Both the position numbers and the translations under genes were made by a program. This document shows positions 37,675 through 49,806 of a stretch of 64,000 nt of DNA, piece by piece. How positions within the stretch are numbered: position 1 is the first letter of the stretch; each line of letters starts with the position of its first letter. The DNA comes from Rhizophagus irregularis (lineage: Eukaryota). Where the stretch lies: NCBI RefSeq assembly GCF_026210795.1, contig NC_089432.1, positions 3,720,001 to 3,784,000 of the forward strand. Direction: 5' to 3'. The notes below the pieces were generated by a model. It made no database searches. It was not told the DNA's origin and saw nothing but the letters and a program-made list of their open reading frames with translations.

Positions 37675-40600
37675 CGTTCAAATAATTTTCGAGATTTCAA
37701 CGCGTGGCGCAGGAAATTTACAAATATTATGTCACATGATATGATTAGTAAAAAAGATAATACTGAAGAAGACGAAGAATTTGAAAGAGAGTAGTAATAA
37801 TTTTTAAAAAGTTTTCGATGATTTAGTCTATTTTTTATAGCATTTGTTTGTGTTTGCACTTTGCAGAGATTTAAACAGAAATATTTACTCTGATAATTTT
37901 CATCTTTTGGGTTCACGTGATATACATATGAAAAACTTCCAATGCATCAATGTATTTACTTATGAAGAATGTGACCAAAGAAACAAAGAAACTGGTTTTT
38001 TAGTGTTTTACGTTTAAAATATGTATAAATGTAACCTATTTTTTTTTTTTTAAGAAAAAAAACAAAATTGTTATTACTGACATTCTTTCAAGTTATCGGG
38101 TCTGTCTATCATTATTCTAAGCTCAATTACTACCAAGCATTATAATATTGAGCAATATCAGGCCGATAATGTAGGCCGGCGTATCTTACGTCAAACAGAC
38201 ATCTAAATATTATAATACTATCATAAAAATTGCTAATGAAGAAATTTCTAAGCACAACTAGAAAGAAAGAAGTGAATTATCGTCAAAAGAAATATATATA
38301 TATATATATATATATATTTTTAAACGCGTATTCACTTACATAAATTGAGACACGCCTTAAAGTAAAAACAGTCCATTGTATATCAGAAGTATTCTTCGTG
38401 TTTTAATACTTTAATATGTCTCCAAATAATAATTAAAAAAGATTATTGATGGACTTTTTTATTACTATTAATTCTTTGATTCTTTTGTTGAAGTTGTTTA
38501 AACTGGTAAGAAAAAAGAGGAAAGAGATTAAAAACAGAAAAAAATATTCCTTTTTTTTGCTTTTTAATATACTTTTACTTATAGGATATACTTAACCATT
38601 AAAGTCCGTTGTGTTTATTTACTCAAGATCTTTTTTTATTACAACATAAAACAAAAAGAATTGATTATGAAAAATAGCAAATTACCAGTGTTACAAAGTT
38701 CTAGTCTCCAATTTTATGCTTATATTAATAAGATCTTCAAAAATCCTAATAAGAAAAAAAAATTAATTTTAACAAATTATTAAGTAAAGAAGAAACATTA
38801 ACATCCAGTTCTGCACATAAGTATTATAGTGTCCATAGTGTCCAATAAATTGGATAGAGTACATTGTTTAACTCCATAAAATACAGTGGAAGTGGAATTC
38901 TCTTTGTTGCATTTCTTCCACTCATGCCATTCCACAGGTTCCTATAAATTAACATTGAAAGCTTATGTTAGTTCTAGCTCATTCACTTCAGGTCATAATA
39001 GTGAATACCAAAATGGTATTGTAAACAGTAACCATTTTGACAAGTGGTTGTACACCATAACCCAACTACCTTAGGGATAAGCATACTTCACCACCGTCTA
39101 TATTCTCTATTATGACTATCAGATCCTTTGCAAGAGTGACTCCAGAGCACTTGGAAGACCAACTACTATATCTTCAAGACGGTGAATTTGAACCTGATGA
39201 CTTATATTCAGGTACCTTAATCAAGGCTCCACTTTCAAAGATATAACCTTGGGGTGGGTTCTCGTACGATGGGCCCCAGTCATCTATTTGCAACCCTTTA
39301 AAGCCGTCCGGTCAGCCCTCATAAACCTTCGCCCGTTGCTTTCGCGGTGTGCAGTCAAGGATTATGGCCAGTGGGTGATAGAATACTCTTAACCCACCTC
39401 TTTAAAAATTCCAGTAGACAGTAACATTTGTTAGGCAGTAGGCTTTAACTTCAAGATTATTCTGATTATCTTTTGACGAACATTCTAAGATCCGTTTTCC
39501 ACTCAAAAAAGACTTTTGTATGCAAACCCTACTCTATTATTTTCTCCCAGTTAGGTCGGAGCCAACGTTATTATCCATAAAAGCCTTTTGTTGTTCGTAT
39601 GAACCGTCCCGTAATCTTTTTTTTTTGCTAGGAGAGTTTAGAACTCGGAAACAACATTATTATTAGCCTTTTGTTCATGATCATACGAGGTTTTTTTTGT
39701 TAGGAGAGTTTTTTTGATTAGGTAGTGGCCTATTTTGTTAGGAAGAGATCCCCTTTTTATATTATTTTCTTATCACGTGAAATAGTCTATGAGTCATCTT
39801 TACTAACTCTGATTTAGAGAAATTAGTAGCCGAGCTATCGTATGACTCTGACGACAGTATTAAAACCATAGTAATTTTTTTTTTCTTTGAAATAAATACG
39901 TTAAATAACAAGTAGCTCAAAGTTCAAACCATAGTAAATTTCCATATCGGTTAGTCACAATCATCATTTTTTGCCTTAAATATGGCGGAGAATCAAATCT
40001 TAGCCATTATCTGGACTTCTTAGAAATACAAATATGCATGATCGCATGATCAATATAATCAATATTAGAAGAACGTTTAATATAAGAAAGTTTATTATCT
40101 GAAAATAGATGATAATTATAAAAAAAGCTCAGCCCTCTCAGCCTCAAAAAAAAAATCACTCGTGAAATAAAAAAAAATGTATATACAGTCCTTTTTCATT
40201 TAAATTATATAGTAGCTAACAACCGAAAAAATAAGAAATAAAGATTAAAACAATAACAAAAAAATAATAAGAAATAACAAAAAGATAATGAAAGTGACAA
40301 AAAATAATGAAATAATAATATTAAAAAAATTAAAAATAACAATAAGATTAACAAAAATAGGTTTAGCGAAAACAAGATTAACCATAAGAAATAACTATTG
40401 AAAGAGCCTCAATTTATAAGTTTTTCAAAGAAGAAATAGTAGCATTGTATGAATCCATAAACAATATAACGATGAAGTAGTTCATAATTTGTTAATCGAA
40501 TTATTAATTTAATATATGCGTATTTACTGCAAAGGAAAGTTGATAATTAAGTTCCGTAATATTACGGATTAACACTCAATTTATAGAACGTAGGATAATG

Positions 40601-41162
40601 AGTGATACCACATAAAAATTATTATTTTTTTTTTTTGAAAAGAATAAATAAAACATTACGGTGGCTGACAACATCGTAAGAGTAAATTTTATAAAACTAA
40701 AGGATAAAAGAAAATCAATATTAAAAACTTATCCTAAAACAAAAAATGTGCCAAAAATCGCGTCGTCCCGATTTTGATTTAGTCGCAATCATATTCGCTT
40801 GCAAAAATGTGTTTTGATTAATTTAATATTTAATACATATAACTTAGTTCGACTAGTGTGATCACTCATGGACAACTGTTTTTAAACGGATTATGCATGC
40901 ATTCAATAATTACGTTACAATATTTCAACAATTAAAAATAACCAAAATTTATGTTTTTGTTTTGTCAAGTTTTTTTTTCTTTTTTATTGTTAGCAGTTTT
41001 ATATCGGATCCCTTTTTTTTTCTTTTTTTTTAAAAAAAAAATTGTATAGATTTAAATTTTGATGAACCATATAAATCATGCAATAACGAGTTAAGAATTA
41101 AATTATCTAAATTCGTTCTATATAAAGAAGAAAAAAGTTTCTTCGGATTTGTACCAATAATT

Positions 41163-41361
41163 CCCTGTAAAAAATCTGATCCGTGTTTTATCTTTCCATG
41201 TTTTTTCCGTGAATGTATCATTTTCATGGAATTCATAGCCTTAAATCATGGAAATTTTCATATCGCTAACACGGATATCCGTGAATGCATCATTTTCACG
41301 GAATTTTTACGGAAGACACGGAGAAATAATGGAAATATTCGGATAAAAATTTTTTATAGGG
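41163..41361. mobile_element. 199-bp MITE, CCC...GGG termini, 3-bp TSD (CMC/EnSpm-like), copy A
   Basis: TIR CCCTGTAAAAAAT / CCCTATAAAAAAT, flanked by ATT...ATT; inverted copy at 57348-57546 differs at 3 positions. Confidence 0.9.
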
Positions 41362-41398
41362 ATTGATCATTTGATAAGTCACATGCTCATTCATAACT

Positions 41399-42001
41399 AA
41401 GCTCGAGCACGTGACCTGTGATGTGGCGTCCGGGTTTGATTGGCTTTATCTTGCGTAACATTTAACTTCGTTTTTATTGAAAAAATTGAAAAACAAAACA
41501 TCGCAAAGCTTAAACGGAAATTAATAAATTATAGTAAAGATGGTGTCTTGTATTTAAAAATAACTTTGTTCACGTTTTATTGAAGAAAATTTACACTTTT
41601 AATAATATTAAATGTAACAAATTTTTATATATATAAGAAAAAAAATAAAAAAATTTGAATACAAGTTTGTACTGTTATAAAATGTATAAAATGCTTATAA
41701 CTTGTTAACTTCATCTAATGTTTATAATAATAAAATTTTATATTTTTATTTTTTTTAGAAAAAAGAATTTCTAAAGTGTTCCAGAAAAAGAGACTATTAA
41801 AAAAAAAAGAAATAAACGTGTTTCAAATTTACTCTAAAAAGCACTTCAAAGTGTTTTTATAAGTGAAAGAAATAATTAATGTTCAGAAGAATAGGAAAAA
41901 AATGCGTCCCTAAAACAAAAACATAAAAAAGAAGACAACGTTAGAGAATCTATGAAAAAAAAATATTTATGCACAGCCACATCAGTCACGTGCCCAAGCT
42001 T
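41399..42001. mobile_element. Putative non-autonomous TIR element, about 600 bp
   Basis: Left AAGCTCGAGCACGTGACCTGTGATGTGGC vs right reverse complement AAGCTTGGGCACGTGACTGATGTGGC; AT-rich interior; no TSD resolved. Confidence 0.5.
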
Positions 42002-42040
42002 TTTTTACGGGACTGGGGTTAAGTCATAGTTGCTGATAAT

Positions 42041-42732
42041 TAGGAATGTTAATGGTCCGGCCTGGTCCATTTCATCAGTCTACAGTCCGGGACTGGACTG
42101 AGGATCAGGACATAAGACTGAGGTCTGAACTGCGGTCCTATAAAAAAACTCTTTCTTTCTAGTAAGTTAAATTATAAATTACAATAAAGATGGTCCCCAA
42201 ATCTGAAATATTTAGTCGAACTTGAAATACCAAAGCAATTAGCCAATAAAAACACAAAGGTTCCTTAACGTATCGCACCAGAGTTTAGGAGTTATGCACT
42301 TACACGTGATAGCGTTAAACTTAACTCCGGTCAGTGTGTACGTTAATATCGTACACATGATGCGTAAGTCAAAAACATTACACAAAATGTTAATGTTGAT
42401 CATATCCATTTGGTGTTACTCGTTCCATAGATACGCGTTTCAGCATTATTGGGCGTCACGTACAGTGGGGGTGTACAATTTGTACGTTAATATCGTACAA
42501 CCTCTTCAGCACATTTCGGATTTGGCCGGAATTATGAAATTTCAGCCGGAATTATAAAATTTTGGCTAGGATTAGCTTTAATTCAGGCTGGACTAGCCGA
42601 AATAGTTGCTGCTGAAAATTTTGACAAATTAAATTATAATTTCAGAGCCATCATTATACAACAAATAATTAATTATAATTGATCAGTCCTATTAGACCAA
42701 TCAGTTCTAATCCATGGACCGTTAACATAATA
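42041..42732. mobile_element. Degenerate hAT-like element with nested fragments
   Basis: Left TAGGAATGTTAATGGTCC vs right GGACCGTTAACAT; subterminal GGACTG/CAGTCC/GGTCC motifs; inside, a 19-bp direct repeat TGTACGTTAATATCGTACA (42337, 42481) and a small CAGCA...TGCTG inverted unit (about 42507-42614). Confidence 0.4.
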
Positions 42733-42941
42733 TAAATTTCAAAAATATAAATCACTAACTAAAGGCAATAATACTATTAGTAAATTTTTGAAGTATGGAT
42801 TTGGATATTAAACTTGCATTATCATTAGTTATAATGTTCATTTATTGTAAAAATCAAAAAAATACATAATACAAATATATATTTCTACATAATAATTAAT
42901 AAATAAAAGGAATAAATAACAATAGAACTATTAATTTTGAA

Positions 42942-45334
42942 TCAATATTCAAATGTATTATCTGGAATTACAGTACTATATATAACACTTTCATACTTAT
43001 CTAAAAGTTCAGAAAATCTGCGACTTATATAATATGCTTGTGGATGAGATTGTATAATAGAAGAAATTTCTTGTTTTTGTACTAAAGCTTCGTTTGCTTT
43101 TAAAAATTCCGTCATATCATATTCTAATTGATTATCAATATAAGGTACTGCTTTACCATAGATATCACTTTCATCACTGTTCATTCTATAATGTTCATTA
43201 ATGCATCTAATCCATTCAGATATAATAGTTTCAAGCATTGTTATAGTTGGTCTATTGGAAGGTTCTGAATCCCAACATTTTTTCATTAAATCTATATAAC
43301 ATTTTGGTGTATTTTCTACAATTTTAGGACGTTTTTCTTGATTACAAATATCCAAGATAAGGTCAAGATCATGTGCTTCATGATTAAATGGAGGAATACC
43401 TGATGTAAATTCCCACATTATCATTGAAAAACTATAAATATCACTTGCTGGAGTATAGGGGTTTCTTCTTAATATTTCAGGCGCCATGTAAGGTAAAACT
43501 CCATAAATTTCATTAACAGAATCTTGTAAATCACTTATAGGTTTACATAATCCTAGATCAATAATAAATACCTCATTGAAATCATCTGACATTAAAATAT
43601 TACCATCATGAAAATCACCATGAGTTAAACCTGATTCATGAATTACTTTAAGTCCTAATATAATTAATTTTAATAATTTTAATTTGTCTTGCCACTTAAA
43701 TTTATTTATATCAGACAAACATTTTCTCAAAGTTCCTTTTTTTGCATAACTCATCACTATCATATAATTTAAATTATCTGGATCCTGGGTAAATCCAAAG
43801 AATTGAATAAATTTTGAAAATGATTTTTTTTGACAATTATAATGATATTTCCACTATTTGAATAATAAAAAATTATTAAATTTTTGCAAAAAAGAATATT
43901 TGCTATTAAATATAAATATAAATACTATACCTCATCCAGAAATTTACTGTCTAAACTTGATGAACTATTAAGAATTTTAAGAATGACCTCATAATTTGTT
44001 TGCCTATTCCATCGTTGATTGTCAAAATTCCAACTATAAATAGGTCCATCTAACCAGATAGCCTTATATATTTCACTAAATCCCCCTTTACCATAATAAT
44101 TAATATTTACCAATTTATTATAAGGTATCCACTCTAAAATTTCATAACTATTTCTGGCTTCCAGTTGTGCTTCTTCAATGAATTTATTAATAAATTCATT
44201 TTTACTAGCCAAATTTGTAATATCTTGTTGAAATCGTTTAGTATTACACTGTTGGCACCACAGGTAATCAATATATGGTTGTTTGCATTCATCACATAAT
44301 TCAACTCCAATTTCAGAATTTATTTTTATTTTATAACTTTCTGGTACTTTTTGATACCAATAAAAGGCTTTTTCTAAATTCTTTTCTGTACCCATTCCAT
44401 TTTCATAACATACGGCTAAATTAAACATACCTCCTTCATCACCATTTTCTGCTGCTTGTTGATACCAATAAAAAGCTTTTTCTAAATTCTCTTCTGTTCC
44501 TTCTCCATTTTCATAGTACATGGCTAAAGAAAACATTGCTTTCTCATCACCATTTTCTGCTGCTTTTTGATACCAATAAAAAGCTTTTTCTAAATTCTTT
44601 TCTGTTCCTTCTCCATTTCCATAGCATGAAGCTAAATTAAACATTGCATCATCATCACCATTTTCTGCTGCTTTTTGATACCAATAAAAAGCTTTTTCTA
44701 AATTTTTTTCTGTTCCTTCTCCATCTTCATAGCACATGGCTAAATTTAGCATTGCATTAATAAAGCCATTTTCTGCTGCTTTTTGATACAAATGAAAAGC
44801 TTTTTTAAAATTCTTTTCTGTTCCTACTCCATTTTTATAACATACAGCTAAATTGTGCACTGCTTCTTCAAAACCATTTTCTGCTGCTTTTTGATACAAA
44901 TGAAAAGCTTTTTCTAAATTCTCTTCTGTTCCTTCTCCTTTCTGATAACATAAGGCTAAATTGTGCATTGCTTCTTCATCACCATTTTCTGCTGCTTTTT
45001 GATACCAATATAAAGCTTTTTCTAAATTCTTTTCTGTTCCTTCTCCATTCTGATAACATAAGGCTAAACTAAACATTGCTTCTTCATAACCATTTTCTGC
45101 TGCTTTTTGATACCAATGAAAAGCTTTTTCTGAAAACTCTTCTGTTTCTTCTCCATCCTGATAACATACGGCCAAATTATACATTGCTTCTTCATCACCA
45201 TTTTCTGCTAATTTTTCTAAAGAATTAATACATTCTTTACACCATACTTCAGTAAAAGGTTTATTGCAATATGAACAATTTTTGGTGTTAGTATCTTTAT
45301 TTGAGATATTTGATTCGCTAAATTCGATTTCCAT
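42942..45334 (-). CDS. Sel1-repeat / TKL-family kinase, 2 exons, about 771 aa
   Basis: Exons 45334-43931 and 43853-42942 (2316 nt). CxxC..WCxxC motif, eight 36-aa Sel1 repeats, second CxxC..WCxxC motif, kinase with GKGGFSEIY, VILK, HGDFHDGN, DLG, YGVLPYMAPE, SDIYS; tail SHPQAYYISR. Confidence 0.93.
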
Positions 45335-45462
45335 TTTGTTATTTTAGAAATTTACTGAAAAAAAAAAACTTTTATTTTATTTTTATTTATTTTAATTTAT
45401 TTATTTATTTGGTCATACTAATAAATTACAAATGCGCTGCGATAATAAAAAATTACACTTAA

Positions 45463-45582
45463 TTTCCTTAATATGCAGTAACTGCGTATTTACAATATTT
45501 TCACTATGCGGTTACTATTCTATGCTGTAGTTACTGTATGACTACGATGCAGTTACAATACAGTTACTGCATATTAAGGAAA
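45463..45582. mobile_element. 120-bp foldback/MITE upstream of the Sel1-kinase gene
   Basis: Perfect 22-bp inverted repeat TTTCCTTAATATGCAGTAACTG / CAGTTACTGCATATTAAGGAAA; internal TGYRGTTAC repeats. Confidence 0.75.
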
Positions 45583-48109
45583 ACCGGTTTCCGTAATGAA
45601 GCCGTATTTTTTCCGAAGTGATACACTGCACTGATCATCTGATTTGGTTGAAATTGACGATGATCATGTGTCAATCATCAGAAAATCTTTCATATAAAAA
45701 ATTTTCTTGTCAGGTTTACTAAAAATATAATGTATTTTAATTAAATTGTCAAATTTCGGTAATCCTTTATTATAAAACAAGTTAGCCATAACGGGGAATT
45801 CTAAGTAAATTTTTTAATTATTTAAACATAATATGTGAATAGATAGTTTTTTATCAATTTGTAACCTTTTTCAATTTTTTAAATTTGATCGTATGGTTGA
45901 AAAAAATTTATCTGATCATATAAGACAAATAAATATATCTACTACTTTATTAAAAAAGAAAGTGATAAAATAGTAAAAAAATGATATATTACTTAATTTA
46001 GTTAATAAAACCTAAAACTTATCACTATGTCTTATCCCGAAAATTCATCCTCATGTATATAAAGTTATTAAATTCAAAATAGAATTTTTAAAATAAAAAC
46101 ATTAATTTTTGCGAAAATATTTTAAAATTCATATTATATAAAATATCTGGCTATTACTCAACATTAATTCTTGCGAAATATTTTAAAATTATTACATATT
46201 AATAGGAATATTAATAGATTATTACGTCCAAAAAAAAATCGGGATTATGATTTATCAACGTCAATTTGATGATCACCTGATCACTTTTTAACGTTAAAAA
46301 ATTTTTTTATAGATTATAATATTTAAATTACGAACTCAGTTTATTAAAACCAATAATAAGTAATAACACCCAGTACATTCATACCATACCTTCCTATATT
46401 TAATAATGATATATCAATACTATTACTAAACGTTCTCGTTCTTTAATATTTGTTTTAATTGAATTAGAGAAAATAAAGATCTAGATTTTGAAAGTGGAGT
46501 TGACGTTCGAATTTATTACTTTTCATTCTTTTATATTTTACACTTCATACTTTAAATAAAAGGTTTAATGTCTTTTTTTTTAAAAATATTTTTTTTCAAT
46601 ATATTTATTTTATTTTTTAGTTGTGGATACAGTATTTTAAATTTCTTTCCATTCTTTTATTTTTATTTATCAACCCCTTAAAATAAGAAGAAGAACGTTT
46701 AATAACATCCCGCATTATGTTGTTTTATATCATTTACAAATCTTGGCCAAATCTAAAAATCAAATATATTAAAAAAATCAAAAAATTGATTAGTAATCAA
46801 TTAAAAAAATGGAAAAAAAATAGAAAAATATTTTATACTTGCCGATTTCTCAAATTGTTTCGGTATGTTCTTGTTTCTCAATTAAACCTAAAAGAAAATG
46901 AAAATAATTCAATTGTCTTTTGAGTAATAATGCTAAAGAAATATGAAAAAAAAAAACGATTAATATTAGTTAGGACGTGAGAAAAATCATGTGATCAATT
47001 ACTGAATCCGCAGCTTGATCTAACCCAATAAATCTAGGAAACAGGTAAAGCATTATTCTACAAGACCAGTGTTAATTTGTATTTTATGAATACAACAAAT
47101 ACGCAATTTAAAAGGAAAAAAAGGAAAAAATACGATCAAGAAAGAAATATAAAGATTAAAAAGTTAAGAAAAGAAAAATACGAATAATTTTAACATTAAA
47201 TATTGCACTTAAAATTTCCTAAATTTTGTTATTTTGTTTTGTGTCTCATTTCCGTTTCATATAAAGAATTTAATTTAAATTCGATATTTGTATAAAATTA
47301 TGACCAATAAGAAACATATTTATGATAATTTTACGTATGATATCACTAAAAATCTACTATTTCTAACTTGCTGGGATCACTCAATATATTACTTATTCTA
47401 TTCTTAACAATTTAATATTATTACTCAATTTATTCAATTTGAAAAGAATTATTATATAGTCGGCCTTCTTCTATTAGTTTATTACAAAAGAATCATAAAA
47501 ATTTCAATATCATTTGATACATATAATATTTTCTGTTTATTAGAATAACTTTGAATCTTTCATAAATGAAATCTTCATGAAGAATAAAAAAAGATTGATC
47601 AATTTAGATATAATAACATAATAACCTAATATGCCGTTATATCCAATTTGAGTAACTTTACCTCAAGGAGGTGTATTTATTTCTGCCTTATTCAATTAAA
47701 ATGACGATATGACATTCTTCGTATAAATTTGAGACAGCAGCAGTGAAAATTTAGGTATGTTGAATTAAATTAGAAAGAAATATTATTGTATTTATTGATG
47801 ACACAGCATTTTTTGACATGGTTTATTAATTATATTCGCGAGAGGTGATATTTGATAGGAAGTTTTTTTGTGAGACCTATGAGACCTATGAGAATGATTT
47901 TTTGGGGAAAAATGGTACGCGTAGGTAAGTTGGTATTTATTTATAAAGGGCAGTTTGATGCTGGTTTTATGGAATTTTTCTCAAATAATTTTACCACTTT
48001 TAATTCAATCAATGGATGATTTATGTTTCGAGGTTTCCTTTGCCTACATAAGCATGACATACAAATGTTTTGATTTTCCTCTATTTTACTGCATTATACC
48101 AAATTTTCC

Positions 48110-48196
48110 CGCTATACCGAATAATTCGTTATAGTATTAACGAAACGAAGGCCTGATCGGCCCAGACGCCTACTTCGTTATATCGAGGGCCGACTG
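48110..48196. mobile_element. Right-end fragment of a pogo/Tigger-type MITE
   Basis: Ends TTCGTTATATCGAGGGCCGACTG followed by TA; reverse complement CAGTCGGCCCTCGATATAACGAA resembles the TIR at 34513. Possible decayed left end TAGTCGGCCTT at 47457. Confidence 0.5.
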
Positions 48197-48448
48197 TACA
48201 TAGTTATTCACTTGTTATTTATACAGTCTATTTAACTGTAAAAGAAGAATCATTTAACTGCATTGATTAAATGTCATTAAAATCCACGTGACTGTTTTTT
48301 GTCACATGCGTCACACCTTTCCTTGTTTCCATTTTCTATCGAGTAGGTAAAAACTTATTCGTCACCCCTTATTCGTCACATAGTTAATTTCTTAATTTCT
48401 TAATGCCGGCCGTTTCGTGACATTTTTGAAGGGTACGCTGGGCATACA

Positions 48449-48620
48449 CAGTGAAATTCGATATAATGGAACCATCCGTTCCATTAGTAAAAATTTGTCA
48501 AAAATACGTTATATCAAGAATTCCGTTATATCGAGGGTAAATTAATTATACGTTATGATCCGTTCCAGACCCAATTCCGATATATCAAGATTTTACTTAT
48601 GATTATATCGAATTTCATTG
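48449..48620. mobile_element. pogo/Tigger-type MITE, 172 bp
   Basis: TIR CAGTGAAATTCGATATAAT / CAATGAAATTCGATATAAT (18/19); internal CGTTATATCRAG repeats; flanks are CA/TG rather than clean TA. Confidence 0.7.
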
Positions 48621-49588
48621 TGTGATCATTTATTAAGTTTTTTTCCCCGTTAAACTGCGGCGCATCGATCACGTGGTATAATATAACCACCAAGTGAAAA
48701 TTACAGTATTGGAAATTCAATGACCATCACTCCGAATTATAATAATGTTGCAGCTAAATTCCGTATGGAATTGATGAACATTTTCCAAATATAGTTAAAT
48801 TATGGTTAATGGGGTCCCTAAACAGAATGGTGCATTTGTAGGTGTGAGTGCATTATGGAGAATTGACTGTATTACATTTTGTAAATTATATTTACATATA
48901 ATTTTAAAATTTAAACTAACTGCATTCTTAAAAATATTTAGCTCGTAAGTTATAAGTTAACTTATAATTTGAATAAAGGTTAAATTACTAATTTTAATAT
49001 ACTTTATATAACCAAATAATTTATTTAATTATTAACGATGTCATATGATAATCATATTTTCATTGATTTATTTATGTCGCACGAGTTACCGATTTTTCGA
49101 TTGAAATTATATTATAACGCCAAAAAAAAAATTATGGTTAAAAACGGATTAAGAAAAAATTTATAAATAAAAATAAACAATTGTAACCAATCAGAAAAAA
49201 GATAGATTTGTTTTTTTTTTGCCAATGAATTCAACTAAGCCGATAAAAAATTGACTAAACTGATAAAGGATAATCATTCTCAATCAATAATCTGATTTTT
49301 GTTAGTGATCATCCTTTTAATCTTGTTGTTTCAACTTTAAAGTTATTTTTAACTCAAATAGACTTAAACTTTTTCAGAAAAGACAATTAAATTAAAATTT
49401 GCCGTTTTCTAATTATAGTTTTGAATGAAAAAACGTTATTTGAAACAAATCAGGGAATTTATTTTACTGGAATTTGAATTCCGTCTGTCGTCATTTGGGT
49501 GATCATCATAAGTATTTTCGTAAAACCATAAGTTTTGTTATTTTTTCAAATGTTATAAATATTACCCCAATTTCTTCGTTTTAAATTT

Positions 49589-49789
49589 CATTCACATTTC
49601 TTTTCAGTATTATTTTTACTAAATAAAAAAAAAACCACAAACCTTCAAGAAAAACCATTCATATTTCTTTTCAGTGTTATTTCTTCTATATAAAAAAAAA
49701 AACCACAAATCTTTAATAAAAACCATTCATATTTCTTTTCAGTGTTATTTCTTCTATATAAAAAAAAACCACAAATCTTTAATAAAAAC
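49589..49789. repeat. Three tandem units of about 67 bp immediately 5' of the DUF2235 gene
   Basis: Units start CATTCAYATTTCTTTTCAGT at 49589, 49656, 49724; units 2 and 3 are near identical and contain TATATAAA; array ends 17 bp before the ATG. Confidence 0.95.
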
Positions 49790-49806
49790 AAGAAAATTTT
49801 GTAAAA

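Noticed and set aside
38300..39130. Multi-exon gene on the minus strand (splice-like signals, EPVEWHEWKKC fragment)
   Set aside because: Could not assemble a stop-free spliced frame or recognise a family; probably a decayed gene.
39190..39240. Hammerhead ribozyme core (CTGATGA)
   Set aside because: No stem II followed by GAAA and no cleavage triplet in the right place; the other CTGANGA matches I noticed also failed.
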